Shown here: positions 26,170 to 39,335 of the stretch, piece by piece
How the letters are laid out: the number at the start of each line of letters is the position of its first letter
Numbering within the stretch: the first letter of the stretch is position 1
Source: Octopus vulgaris
Taxonomy: Eukaryota
Length of the DNA: 64,000 bases
NCBI GenBank assembly: GCA_951406725.2
Contig: OX597831.1
Coordinates: forward strand, 53,568,001-53,632,000
Reading direction: 5' to 3'
Position numbers and translations under genes: made by a program
The notes under the pieces: generated by a model
What the model saw: only the letters and a program-made list of their open reading frames with translations
The model's database searches: none
What the model was told of the DNA's origin: nothing

Positions 26170-26505
26170 ACACTTTGTTGAATGAGACCCCCTTCGGTCA
26201 TGACTGACCATGGGATTGCACCTAGAAAGTTACCCTCCCAGGCACAACTCTGGGCAAGGTTGTTTATGGAAGACCAGCAGTCGCCCATGCATTCAAGCCT
26301 CCCCTCTCCATGCCACCAGTGTTATTCAAGGGAAAAGCAAAGGCTGATACAGCTTGGCACCTCATTTCTACAGCTGAGTAAACTGGAGCAACGTGAAATA
26401 AAGTGTCTTGCTCAAGAACACAACACGCAGCCCAGTCCGGGATTTGAACTCACAACCTCACGATCATAAGCTCGACGCTCTAACCACTGAACCTTGCACC
26501 TTCAC
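26170..26505 (-). mobile_element. tRNA-derived SINE
   Basis: Reverse-complement tRNA head GGGATTTGAACTC...CTCTAACCACTGA; body similar to 56460-56610. Confidence 0.75.
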
Positions 26506-26789
26506 TTTATTGAATATGTAGTGCAAAACTGATTGGTAAAATTGTCCATAATGGATATATGATACTGTACATTTCGATTAATAAACCCGCTCTACTGACT
26601 GATATACAAGTGCATTTTTTCCTGACTTATGAACTATTAGACAGCTTACACACAGACACACAGACACAGACACACAGACACAGACACAAACACACACACA
26701 CACATTTATATGTATGTATGTGTTGAGTTGACATGAAATTAACTTTGGTTTTTTACTCTGAAATATAAGTAATTTTTCTTTATACAAAG

Positions 26790-27225
26790 AATGAACTTTA
26801 ACCAATTTTATATTTCCCATTTTGTTCGATGACCTTTTGCCATCTTTCTGGCAAGTTAATGATTCTGTGCTCATAGAACTTCTTGTCCTTATCAGCCAAA
26901 AGCTGAAGCAAGTGCGATTTCAGGTCATCATCATTATTGAAAATTTTTCCCTTCAAAGAATTTTGCAAACTTCAAAATAAATGGTAATCTGATGGTGCAA
27001 GTTCAGGGCTATGTGGTGGATGTGACATCACTTCCCAATGAAGCTCCATTAAGTTTTCATGAGTTAGCAAAGATATGTGTGGTCTAGTGTTGTCATGGTG
27101 GAACACGATTCTTTCATGATTTGCCAATTCTGACCATTTTTCTTTGATTGCTTCCTCCATTTTCATTACTTGTTGACAGTAGACATCTGAATTCATTGTT
27201 TGATACCTTTGTCTCCTGAGTCTGT
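26790..27225 (-). mobile_element. Mariner transposase C-terminal fragment
   Basis: ORF 26972..27229: VFHHDNTRPH...HPPHSPELAPSDYHLF. Confidence 0.9.
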
Positions 27226-27697
27226 GCAATGGAAGCTCTTGTGCACTTATAATCTAATTGATGGATCCTATACTCAGAGAGATAGAGAGAGGGAGAAGAT
27301 CTTTCCTGTTGCAGTCACAGATTTTGAAATTTTAAAATTAAGTGAAAATTTTCAAATTTGGTGTATTGATGTAAATTTTCACACTGAATCCGATTTTGTG
27401 ATTGAAAGGCTGAAATATTTTCGAAAAATGTCTCCAATATTTAAAATTTTATATTTTTTTCTGAATGAGAAAACAGGATTTGGAAGCTAGCATTTTCTGT
27501 GATAGCTGTTTATCACAAAATGAAAGCAAACATTACAGTAATGAAGTTTTAAATAAAGTCTATCTGCCTACCTATCTACCTAAACACTCACCCCATTTGT
27601 TCATCACACACTACATAAAATTCTACCTCCATGAACCACTAAATTGAATTTCTCTCCCCTGTGGACTCAGAAATAAATTCCCTATTATTAATAATTG

Positions 27698-27730
<33 letters not shown>

Positions 27731-27731
<1 letters not shown>

Positions 27732-28084
27732 TAGCAGTATCGCCCGGCGTTGCTCGGGTTTGTAAGGGAAATAACTATAAAGCATTTTTAGAGAGTTATA
27801 GCCAAAAAATGGAAACAAAATGATGGTAAATTTTTTTTTAGTTAAAAAGGTCGAGTTGTGTCCCCTAGACAGTCTGTGGTTTGTGTTTCTGATTCTCGAC
27901 CCCATGTCGAATTTATCGATTTTTTTCAGAACTGGGGGAACTTTTCAAAATTTTCGCTGCGTTAGTTTTGAATTATGACATTGGGCTATGTGTGTGTCAA
28001 GTTTCATCAGAATCGGTTGAAAGCTGTGGTCAGGGTGAGGGTACAACCTAACAGACACACAGAAACACACACAGACAAACTGCC

Positions 28085-28095
<11 letters not shown>
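27731..28095 (-). mobile_element. Non-autonomous Helitron
   Basis: Minus-strand 3' end CCCGAGCAACGCCGGGCGATACTGCTAG|T (hairpin + CTAG), identical to 36354-36381. Confidence 0.8.
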
Positions 28096-28120
<25 letters not shown>

Positions 28121-28140
28121 CCACATACACACACACACAT

Positions 28141-28545
28141 AGAGGTGAGCACATAAATGAAAAACAATGCGGAAAAAAATAGTACTCAAATACCAAAGGT
28201 AGAGTAATATGCTTTTTATTAAAGCTGCAAAATTATCACAGAACTGTTACTCAGAGTTTCCCATTTCTGTTCAAAGGACAGTTGTGATAAAAGCTGAATT
28301 AAGATTGTTCAGTCTTAAGAATGCAAGACAGAAAAGAACAGAGAAAAAAGGAAAAGGAAAATGCTTCCACTACTAAGAGGAAGTATTTGGGAGGAGAAGG
28401 TGGCGGTGGGTGGCTGTATGTCGGGTGTTGAAAGGCTGAAATATGATAGAGGAACAATCTTAATTCAGCTTTCATCACAACTGTCCAACACGGGGAAACT
28501 CTGAGTAACAGTTCTGTGATAATTTTTCAGCTTTAATAAAAAGTA
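28141..28545. mobile_element. Fold-back element family A with degenerate hammerhead motif in both arms
   Basis: Arms ~28213-28310 and ~28452-28543; each carries AACTGT-CC...GAAACTCTGAGTAACAGTT. Confidence 0.75.
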
Positions 28546-28560
28546 TATATATATATATAT

Positions 28561-29110
28561 CATCATCATCATCATCATCATCGTTTAACGTCCGTTCTCC
28601 ATGCTAGCATGGGTTGGACGGTTCAACCGGGGATCTGGGAAGCCAGAAGGCTGCACCAGGCTCCAGTCTTATCTGGCAATGTTTCTACAGCTGGATGCCC
28701 TTCTTAACGCCAACCATTCCGTGAGTGTAGTGGGTGCTTTTTACGTGCCACCTGCATATACATCATCATCATCATCATCATTTAATGTCTGCTTTCCATG
28801 CTGGTGGCATGGATTGGACGGTTTGACAGAGGACTGGTGAGCCAGAGGCTGCACCAGGTTCAATCTGATCTGGCAAAGTTTCTACAGCTGGATGCCCTTC
28901 CTAATGCAAAACCACTCCGAGAATGTAGTGGGTGCTTTTTACATGCCACTGGCATGAGGGCCAGTCAGGCGGTTCTGGCAACAACCATGCTTGAATGGTT
29001 CTTTTATGTGCTACCTGCACGGGAGCCAGTCTGGTGGTACTGGCAACGACCGCGTGCCACTGGCACATGTGCCGGTAATGATCACGCTCGAATGGTGCTT
29101 TTCATGTGTC
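28561..29110 (-). mobile_element. Two tandem RTE 3'-end fragments
   Basis: Two (CAT)n-TTTAA(C/T)GTC..CCATGCT starts at ~28561 and ~28760. Confidence 0.85.
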
Positions 29111-29499
29111 ATATATATATATATATCACATGGTCAGACTATCAGATGTTACACATTGCTGGTTACAATGTGCTTTGCATCTTCAAATGATATCACCCTC
29201 TTGGCTAGGTGAGAAGGCCTACATTCCCCACTGATCAAAAGGGGGATTCGAACAATGGGAAATGAAGTGTTTTGCTCAAGAACACAATGTGCTGCCTGGT
29301 CTGGGAATCAAACCCACAATCTAGCAATTGGCCATGTACTTCACACACACACACACACAAGGCCTGAAATTTTGGTGGAGGGGGTAAATTGATTACATTG
29401 ACCCCAGTGCTCAATTGGTGGCATTTGAATATATAACATAAATGTCACTAAGAATTTTGCCTGGTGTGCTGATAATTCTGCTAGCTCACTGCCTTAATT

Positions 29500-29510
29500 T
29501 AATAATAATT

Positions 29511-29577
<67 letters not shown>

Positions 29578-29642
29578 CAGTAGTAGTAGTAATAATAATA
29601 ATAATAATAATGATAATAATAATAATGATGATGATGATGATG

Positions 29643-29688
<46 letters not shown>

Positions 29689-29700
29689 TAATAATGATTA
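29500..29700. repeat. (TAG)n/(TAA)n/(TGA)n compound microsatellite
   Basis: Direct observation. Confidence 0.95.
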
Positions 29701-32700
29701 ATTAATTCAATTTCCTACTCAGTATTTTCCAATGAATGCAATCTTTTCATTGATTCACTATTGTTCTATCAGTACAGTGGTATATAGAGGAACTTAATAA
29801 TTGGTTTAATGATTACATATATCAGTATGTTTGATTAGAGATAATTGTCAGTAGCTCAGAAGTCAAATTTACACTTTCTGTATTCTGTCATTTGTTTTCT
29901 TAAAATTACTCCATTGTGTCCTATGTAATTCTCTCTACATCTTGAATATGCTATTATGGAAATTATGTTTCAAAACACACAGAGGAAACTATGCTCAACA
30001 TTGTAACATTATCCTTGCTTAAAATGGAATTTTGATCCTTCAGACAAGTTGAAATATACTTCATAGTAGGATATCCCTCACTTTTTAACTGTTGACTCTG
30101 TTGCAGGATAAAATTAGGCATTTGTTATTAATCTTTTTACTAATTTTGTTTGTCTTTTATTTTTTAGTTACCCTTAAACTCATGTAATTTATGCCCTTTT
30201 TTTTCGCAAAAACAAAAATAAACTTTAGGAGGTGCATAAATTACATGAGTAGATCGTTTCCAGAATTTTGTTAGAAATTTTTTTTGTCGAAAAATGATGT
30301 ACAAATGTAAACATTCATACCAGAAGTTGGTTCATTTAACGTCAGAATAAGGTTTTACAGAAAAAATATAATGAAGCTGACTGCTTACTTTTACTGTATA
30401 AATTTACTAAAACCATTAAATGGTTAACTACTTTTTGAAGTTTGACATTCATCCTGGTAATCACGGCCCTAGCTATATTTTACATTGCTTGGAGTTTCTA
30501 CCTATCACAATAGAGCCCAGCAATTTCCTTAAATAGATCAGTTTTTCTCGTTTAAGAAGTCTACCTGGTGTTTGCCTCCAGGAAGCTATTACTTACTTTC
30601 TCCGTTTTAGGACAATGAAATTCATCACTGCTGACATTGCTACAACCAGCTCTTACTGCATCTAACATCAATGACAACATCAAAATTCATCCTTGCACAT
30701 GTAAACTCACTAAGTGAATATGACTTAGCGTTCCTACAGTAACTTTCATTTACCTTATATGATGTTTAATGTCATTTCACATTCATGTTGAATTATGCAG
30801 CAATCTTATAATGTATGTATTACCAGTTCTTTTGGTGTAGTAGATTTTTGCTATTCCTGTTTATGTATCCTCTCAGATGTGTATATTCTAGCAAGTCGCT
30901 TTTTAAATTTCACACCGCTCTTGTTCAATAAACACTGAGTTAAACTTGCAAAGCTGTTTATTTTCTTCTTTCGATTTCTAATGTTTATTTTAGTGGATTA
31001 CCAAACTATCAGTTTGGTCTCCCGGCTAAAATGGTTTGCTTGACATTTTATAAGTGTGAAAGGGATTAAAATTTTGATACTCTGTATCAAAGGTTCCAAC
31101 AAGAATAGGCAGAAAATCAGAGCTTGAGACAAGAAGACATTTTCAACCGATCAGAATTCTTTTTACATAATCAGTTTGATCAGTCACCTTCCTCTGTCAG
31201 TTGAGTATGTGTCATGCAAGATGATGTTCATTGGTAATTAAACTTATTTTACAAAACTTGTGCTTATTTATCAGCTTTGTTTTTGCTGATAGAATTATTA
31301 ACAACTTTTCCTGTGATCATGATTTGAGAAGACATACAGAAGTATGCTAAAGATTGGACATAATCTCTTGTGAGCAAGAAATGTAAAATAAAGTTTATTA
31401 TAAACAACAAAATACTTTGGAATTTTATAGCTTTTAATGTAATACCTGTTAAACAGAAATCATTTATTTTTAATGAAAATTTAATAAAATTTAATCATAA
31501 GTAAGTGAAATTATGCTAAATATAACTAAATTGGAAACCTTTGGTCATATCAGCAAACTTTTGAGCGTGAATTTTACATGAGTAGATACTTTTTTTAACA
31601 ATTTATATCCTGAAAATCACCTGCATAAATTACATAGGTGCGCAAATTACATGCATTTTTACAGTATACTATGCATTTGTAAAACCAAACACATTCTCCC
31701 TGCAATTTTCAGCATCAATATGTTTTGAAGATTAGTGTTATATGCTTCGTTGTGTCTAGGATTGTGATTGGAGACATTGAATAACACTTTCAATTCAATT
31801 ACATTGTTTTTCCTTAGAATCTGAACATAATTGTCTTGACTCATATCCCGTCTTTTATTAAGGGCATTGGATGATGTCTATCAATGTGTGTATTTTTAAG
31901 ATGTTCAAGTTGTATATCATGAATAGTTACACAGGATACAATTGTGCTTATCTTTTTAGCTAAATTTAATAGAATATTTATCCAAGTGTGTTTCAAGTGA
32001 CAATGTAAGGAGTAAATATTGATTTGAATTTACAGGTTTGTAAAATATGCCTTTCTCAGTTTGATTGTTGACTGCCATTATTAAAATATCTAAAAATGGT
32101 AGCTTCCTTTGACTGTATGTATTCCATTGTGAAATGAATATTATTATATATTCCATTAAGTAATATTTTAAATTCATTTTATTTATTTATTCTTTCATTT
32201 CATAGACTAAACTGCTCATCTAAAAATATTTACCAGTTCTTATTCACATATTTTCAGAATTTCCTGTTTGTTGTAGCAATTCTTGATACATTGCAGTTTT
32301 CCAAGTATCCCATAACTAAATTTGGGTAGGTTGTGTCTACTCTGGTTCCATTATGGTTCCTGATCGTTTTGGTAATAGTTAACATCAAACATAAAAAGAG
32401 GTATCTTTGAGAATAAATTTTAATCATTCAATTATTAATTCTTTCTATATGTTCTGATAATTCATCTGTAAAATTCTCCAACCACAATTTTATTGCTTCT
32501 ATTCTATAATCATGAGAGTTGTTTGTATATAAATTCACCACATCAAAAGATACAATAAGTTTTTTCATTGATCATTTCCGAAAAGAGATTCAACGTATCT
32601 AGGTCATCTCTTATAAGATTTTTAATGTGTTAAAGAAATGTTTTCTGTAAGATGCCAGAGAATTACTTAGACAATGAATTTCTCACGTTGTATCAGCTAT

Positions 32701-33400
32701 TATTGGTCTTCATTTTAAATTATTTGGTGATAAAACGTTAATACAAATACTTGCAGATTCTTTGCATGCTTCACTTGTTATCTTGCTTTTGTGAATTTTT
32801 GGTAAGCCACAAAAAAGACTAGATTTGCATTTAAAATTAGTTATATAATCAAATACTCTATCAGTTAATTCATTTTGGTACAAGTGTGTTTTTATTACTT
32901 TCTGTTAGTTGTAGTCGTAACTTTCTTTTTTTTTCAGCATAGCCAAAACAAAATTTTTATATTGCCTCCATCAATATAAACAGTATTTGTTTATCAGCTT
33001 ATTTAATTGCTAATTTGTTTTTATTTAATTAATCCAATTATGTTTTGCTAATTCAGTAGCACTGAAGTTTGACTTAATTCTTTGTTAATGTGTGACATTA
33101 TGTAGAACATTATATGTTTGGTCACAAAAATCATCACATGTTTTACCCCTTCCTTCCGATGAAAAGTTGTTCTTAATGTTTCTGATAAGAGACTCATCAT
33201 TGTTATTCTTATCAAATAATTCTTCTTTAAACTGTTATTTCAATAAAATTCTGAAATATCATCTTTAATTTAATTATTAGTAGAGCTCAGAGAATTTGGG
33301 GGCAGACCTCAGTTTGTTTGCTTGTATATTGATTTGATAAATTGTAAATGTTTACCTTGATAAATTTATTACCTGCTTGTTTGGTTTCTACCAAAATATA
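29700..33400 (-). mobile_element. Decayed Penelope-like element, RT + C-terminal GIY-YIG endonuclease
   Basis: Minus-strand remnants in PLE order: GLPKIHKSKI (~32800), LIVSFDVVNLYTN (~32540), GTRVDTTYPNLVMGYLE (~32330), KLPFLDILI..IFYKP (~32070), NHNPRHNEAYN (~31760), then past the insertion EGSKFHFKQG and CRENYIG (~29930). Confidence 0.8.
30171..31664. mobile_element. Old pogo/Tigger-like DNA element inserted in the PLE
   Basis: TA-flanked imperfect TIRs (CCCTTAAACTCATGTAATTTATGC / GCGCAAATTACATGCATTTTTACAG) and repeated subterminal GCATAAATTACAT motifs; the PLE reading frame resumes on both sides. Confidence 0.65.
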
Positions 33401-33459
33401 TCCATTTCGCTGGATATATTTGTTAATCAAAAAATGATTAACATAATTACATTACTTTG

Positions 33460-33680
33460 AAGGCTGTGAGCTAGCAGACTCATTAGCATGCTGGGCAAAA
33501 TGCTTAGCAGTATTTTATCTGTCATTATGTTCTGAGTTCAAATTCTGCTGAGGCCAGCATTGCCTTTCATCTTTCAGGCTTGATGAAATAAGCACCAGAT
33601 GAGTACTAGGGTTGATGTAATTAATTTAGCCCCTCCCTCAAAATTTCTAGCCTTATGCCAGCATTTGAAGCCAATAATTA
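33460..33680 (+). mobile_element. tRNA-derived SINE (same family as 22354-22555)
   Basis: GAGCTAGCAGACTCATTAGCATGCTGGGCAAAATGCTTAG...GAGTTCAAATTC. Confidence 0.75.
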
Positions 33681-33889
33681 CATTACTTTGAGTTGTTAAT
33701 ATATTTCACTTTGTTAGAGTAGTTTGCAGCGTGATTTTGCTGTTTGAAATTATTAAATGTACTTTCAGATTCCACATTCCACAGATGAATTTCAAAATGA
33801 TTTCTTTGATTATTTCTCATAGTTAGGAATAGATTGATGTTTTTATTTAGAAGCACTGTCTTCCAGGCATAGAGACTTTTCCTTTCAGG

Positions 33890-34137
33890 TGCCAGCACTA
33901 CCTAAAAAGCACCCATGTTGGTGCTGCATTAATGCTCCTGTGCTGATACTATGTAGAAGCACCTGTCCCATTGGCATGTAAAAAACACCCAGCATACTCT
34001 ATTAAGTGGTTGGTGTTAGGAAGGGCGTCCAGCTGTTGAAACCATGCCACAACAGATAGTTGAAGTCTGGACGGCTCTTTGCTAACCAGCCCATGTCAAA
34101 CTGTCTAACTCATGCCAGCATGGAAAGCGGACGTTAA

Positions 34138-34166
<29 letters not shown>
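33890..34166 (+). mobile_element. Decayed RTE 3'-end copy
   Basis: GTGGTTGGTGTTAGGAAGGGCGTCCAGCTGT...CATGGAAAGCGGACGTTAAA(TGA)n. Confidence 0.8.
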
Positions 34167-34168
<2 letters not shown>

Positions 34169-34174
34169 CTTTTT

Positions 34175-34660
34175 GTTACTCTAGAGATCTTTTGAAGGAG
34201 CCCCATTTTGGCCACTTGTATTTGCAAATGTACTCTTTCACTCATTACCCAACCTTCATGACCATAGGGAAGATTAAGTACACAAACCAAATTGAAGATA
34301 GTGAGTTTAGCTTTTTTTTATGAACCTCAGAAATCAGAGAGTCTCTCCAGGTTGAGCCACTACTTCTCCACATTGTGACACTACAGATCTGGTACTACAG
34401 ACGTGTGAGTAGAATATTGCAGGAAAGAATCAAAAGACAGATTCTTCAAGCAAAGCCAATTGGCAGGAAACCTGGGGATAGACAAAGAATAAGAGGGCTG
34501 GATAATATCCATAATCTCAGTTGGTCATGCTTGGGAATCCAGCAGGAAGGTGTAATGACAGTTGTTTCTCATTGGACCCTATAGAGGAAATGCCTCAGGA
34601 CTCTAAATCCACAACACTCCCAGAAATAGCGGGCAGAGAAAAAAATATAGATTGATGGAT
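34175..34660 (+). mobile_element. RTE-type (Rex3/Expander-like) LINE 3' fragment with 5' inversion
   Basis: Minus strand 34175-34320 encodes LPYGHEGWVMSERVHLQIQVAKMGLLQKISRVT. Plus strand from ~34325 continues SEIRESLQVEPLLLHI..IWYYRRV..QERIKRQILQAKPIGRKP. Confidence 0.75.
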
Positions 34661-35570
34661 TCATTTTTATTGATCTATTTCTAATCTGTGAGTTGTTCCT
34701 GATCCTTGTTTGGAAACAATTTTGCTTTAAAATTTAAACTTGGTTTTCTGTTGCTGGGCTATTTCAAACAGTTATAATTTGATTGAAAAGTTGTTTGTTG
34801 TTGGGCCATTTTGCCATAAGTTTTTACTTTCATTTTCTTCATATCTGGGTTAACAAGATTCTGTTCTTTTCTGTATTTGGTATCACAGCTGTGTTAATCA
34901 AATTGGCTCAGTTCACAATCAGTCATCCTGGCCAATAGCTCTATTTTTGTTGTATTGTGAAGTCTCCAGACAACTGACAAATCTTGGCAGATCTGCTCTG
35001 TTAACAAGAAACCAGGGTATCTAAATAAAATTCTGGCTGTAACTTAAAGAATAATTCATACTCTAATCCTGTATTGAGTTCCTCCATTTGTCACTACTGA
35101 TGTATGTATATATATATATATATATAATATATAAATATATATATATATACATACATATACACATACATACATGCATAACTACATATATGTTTGTACACAC
35201 ACACAGACATTATTACATTACAAATTTAACTAAATGGAAGCCTAACTCTACTAGTCATAATGGCTGCAGACTTATCAGAATATGTTCTCGCTCCACTTCA
35301 GCTTCTCTCATTGTCTTTCCTTCTCCCCTCCCCCTCTCTCTCCCACACACACACTCTCACACTCTCTCTCTCTGGCTTCAATTTCTCTCCCTTCTTGTCT
35401 ATTTAGTTATCTTTCACCCTCTCTTTCTGTTCAAATGCCTTCCCCTTCTATCTTGCCCTCTCACAATTTCTCTACCAATTTCTCATTTCTGTTCTTCATA
35501 TTTGTTTTATTTGTCATCAATTACATAAATGACACAGGACTTGATTATCAACTTACAACCAACAAGCACG

Positions 35571-35607
<37 letters not shown>

Positions 35608-35837
35608 ACAAACACACACACAAACCATGCATACACACGCACATGCACACACAGGCATACACACAAACACACATACAACTGCATGAGTGCACACACGCAT
35701 ACACATATGTATATATTCATGTGTGAGTGTTGCATTATATATTAGACTCATACACCCATACAAACATATGTATATGCATATACATATACATATACATACA
35801 TACATACATATATATATATATATGTACATATATATAT

Positions 35838-35980
35838 AGGCGAAAGTAAAGAATAGATACACCTGGTGTTTAGGGTTAGGGTTAAGGTTAGGGTTTAGGG
35901 TTTAGGATTAGGGTTAAGGTTAGGATTAGGGTTTTTGTTACACCGAAAACAGGTTGTGTATGTACTCTTTGCCTCTCCCT
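35838..35980. repeat. Short element with degenerate TTAGGG array
   Basis: About ten TTAGGG/TTAAGG/TTAGGA units at ~35870-35931 between weak inverted ends. Confidence 0.7.
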
Positions 35981-35985
35981 ATATA

Positions 35986-36381
35986 TCTTTATATATAAAA
36001 GTCAAGTTGTATGTCTGTCTCCTACAATTTAGATTTCTAACTACTCCCACATTTTGTGGTGCAGTGTAACCAAAAGCGGGTATATTATAGTCGTGATTCA
36101 TATCGAGCCCTTCTGTGTATTAGTGCGTGTCTATGATGAGTCTACGATTTAAAAAAAAATTTACCATCATTTTTTCCCATTTTTAATGCATTTTTTTGTT
36201 ATTATATAAGGGAAGTAACTCTCTAAAAATGTATTATTAAATCTCAGAACGTAAAAAGCTACAGTAACACACCCCCTTTGTGGTTAGCCATATTGAGATG
36301 GCTATTATACTTTACATCTCTAAAAATGCTTATATAGTTATTTCCCTTACAAACCCGAGCAACGCCGGGCGATACTGCTAG
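35986..36381 (+). mobile_element. Non-autonomous Helitron
   Basis: A|TC...CCCGAGCAACGCCGGG hairpin...CTAG|T; no TSD. Confidence 0.85.
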
Positions 36382-36483
36382 TATATATATATATATATAT
36401 ATATATATTAAGTGTGATTTTTGCTACCCAGGTATCGGTTATCATTTGAATTATCTGTAATAAGATAATTCATTTATCTACTT

Positions 36484-36529
<46 letters not shown>

Positions 36530-37484
36530 GTACACACACACACATAAATATATTTATATATATATATGCATACTCACACATAAGTATTAATATGTATGTA
36601 CACATTTGTGTGTAGCTAGTATATAATGAAATATATATACACATGTATAGATATATGCATATGTGTGATTGTGTATATGTAAGTGTATGTAATTCCTGTA
36701 CATTAATGAATATTTCCATAAATTTATAAGCTATGCACCATATCTGATCAAAAGCTCGATGTGTGTTTTTAATGTCTGTGTGTATGTTCGTTTCAGTGAG
36801 TGTGTATATATAAATGTGTATGTGTGTGTATGCACCCACACACACAGACAAACACATGCACACATACACACATATTCACACTCATTCACATTTATAATTT
36901 AAAACTTTGGATTATATTGAAATATGCATAAATGCCCAATCTCATCAATATACAGCAAGATAACAAATGTATATGAACTTAATGTGACAGTACAGTAGAT
37001 TGGAGGTAAAAGTTCCTAGTGAACTTGTCTGCAGCATAAGTTCAATTCCCAGTTGTGCCATTTCATATCACTTATGCTCCATGCCTATAATTTTCAGACT
37101 TAGGTCAATAACCTGGAAATAAATGGACATGACTGGAATAAATTGTTCACAACATAAAATGTTGTTGTTGTGGTGGTGGTGGTAGTGGTTGTGTTGTTGT
37201 AGCCTTAGTTAGCATAGATCAAGTAAGTTTATAACCCATAGGTACTCAGTTAAATTGGTCAAGTTTGAGCCACCAATATACTAGCTTAGATATATCATGC
37301 CTCCTGATAGTTGAGGACATTATAGATAGAATGAGACAATTGAATGTGGCAGTCTGGGTGCTGGCAATTTGGCAGAGCTGAATGGATGCTGAACCTGCTT
37401 TGGTGACAGTACTTTTAGTATTGGAAGCAAATGCACACACATGCATGAACATGAAGAAATACACACATACAGAAAGAAAGAAAT

Positions 37485-37540
<56 letters not shown>

Positions 37541-37613
37541 GTAGGTAGATAGATAGATAGGTAGATAGATAGATAGATAGGTAGAAAGGTAGATAGATAG
37601 ATAGATAGGTAGG

Positions 37614-37656
<43 letters not shown>

Positions 37657-38058
37657 GTAGGTAGATAGATAGATAGGTAGATAGATAGATAGATAGATAG
37701 ATAGGTAGATAGATAGACAGACAGACAGACAGATAGACAGACAGACAGACAGACAGGTTGATGGACAGATGAATGAACAAACCGGACAGAAGGATGGATG
37801 GATATGTAGTTGGATGGATGGATGAACAGATGGACAGATGGATGAACGGATGGATGGTCTGACAAACGAATGGACAGCTGAACGGTCAAACATGAATGGA
37901 CAGACAAATGAACAGACAGACAGATGAATGGATGGATGGACAAATGAATGGTTGGTTGGATGGATGGATGACTGGATGGACAGATGGATGGATGAATGGA
38001 CAGACAGATGAATGGATGGATAAACAGATGAATTGACAGATCGATAGACAGACAGACA
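37485..38058. repeat. (GATA)n/(GACA)n/(GATG)n compound tetranucleotide repeat
   Basis: Direct observation; explains ORFs 37246..38120. Confidence 0.95.
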
Positions 38059-38449
38059 TTATAAGTTATTAATTGAAATTGATCACTGTAAACATTTTCA
38101 CAAGCCATCATATGTATCAAGTGAAGCAGAAAGTTAAATGAAGTTTAGTAGTCAAATAGTTTAATAGTTGTGATTACAAGTTAGTAGTCAACTAGAATAA
38201 GAACAAAATTTTCGCAATGCTAAAAGATCCCAGGGTTAAAATGTATGATGTCAAATAAGTCAGTGTTGAACCAGCAGTGCCAAGTAGGCAGGGCTAAATA
38301 GGTAGGGCCAAATAGGCAGGGCCAAATAGGTAGGGCCAAAATGGCAGTGTTAAAACATGTCACACCCCTTCACAGTATATGCAGACATATGCTTTTTTTG
38401 TTATGAGAGACATATGAGAGTGAAGATGGGCATGTTTTATTAGCTGTCA

Positions 38450-38740
38450 ATAACACAACAGACACAGGGCTTGATTATCAGGTACTATGGACATGTGCTC
38501 AGAATATTGCAGAAAAGAATTGTGAGATGGAATCTTCAAGCTGAACCAACTGGTAGAAGACCTAAGAGCAGACCAGGAATAAGATGGTTGAATAATATCC
38601 ATAATCTCAGTTCATCATGCTGGGTCAGCAGGAAAGTGTAATGACAGTTGGATCCTATGGAGGATCTTATGGAGGATCCTATGGAGGAGGTGCCTGAGGA
38701 CTCCACCCCAGGAATACTGAGTGGAGGAAATGGATGTTAC
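38450..38740 (+). mobile_element. Decayed Rex3/Expander-like LINE 3' fragment
   Basis: Homologous to 34380-34640 (shared ATAATATCCATAATCTCAGTT); PTGRRPKSRPGIRWLNNI. Confidence 0.7.
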
Positions 38741-38984
38741 TGATTGTTGGAAATGGCTGACATGTGCTATTCATATCAAGGACTACAACACCCAGTGTGT
38801 GTATCCTAAATTTAGAATAGTTACACCCCACCATTGTAATAACAAGTAAAAGAGTTGGTGACATGAAGGGCATCCAGCTGTAAAACAATCCCTCAAGAAA
38901 ATCGTCCAACTCATCACTGCATGGAGAATGAGGGAGTGTTAAATAAAAAGGTGAAAGCAGATGTAAAATACTGCTGCTGTTGAA

Positions 38985-39335
38985 GATGATAATGATGATG
39001 ACAATGATGATGATGATGATGATGATGACGACAATGATGATGACGATGCTGATGGTGATGATGATGACAATGATGATGATGGTGATGATGATGACAACGA
39101 TGATGATGGTGATGACAGTAATGATGATGATGATGATGACAATGATGACGATGACGACATGATGATGATAATGGTAGTAGTGATGGCGGTGGTAGTGAGA
39201 GTGGCAGTGGTGGTGATGGTGGCAGTGGTGGCAATGGTGGCAGTGGTGGTGATGGTGGCAGTGGTGGTGATGGTGGCAGTGGTGGTGATGGTGGTAATGG
39301 TGATAGTGGTGGTGATGGTGGTGGTGTAGGTGGTG
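38985..39335. repeat. (GAT)n/(GGT)n low-complexity tract
   Basis: Direct observation; source of poly-H/P/S/M ORFs. Confidence 0.9.
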
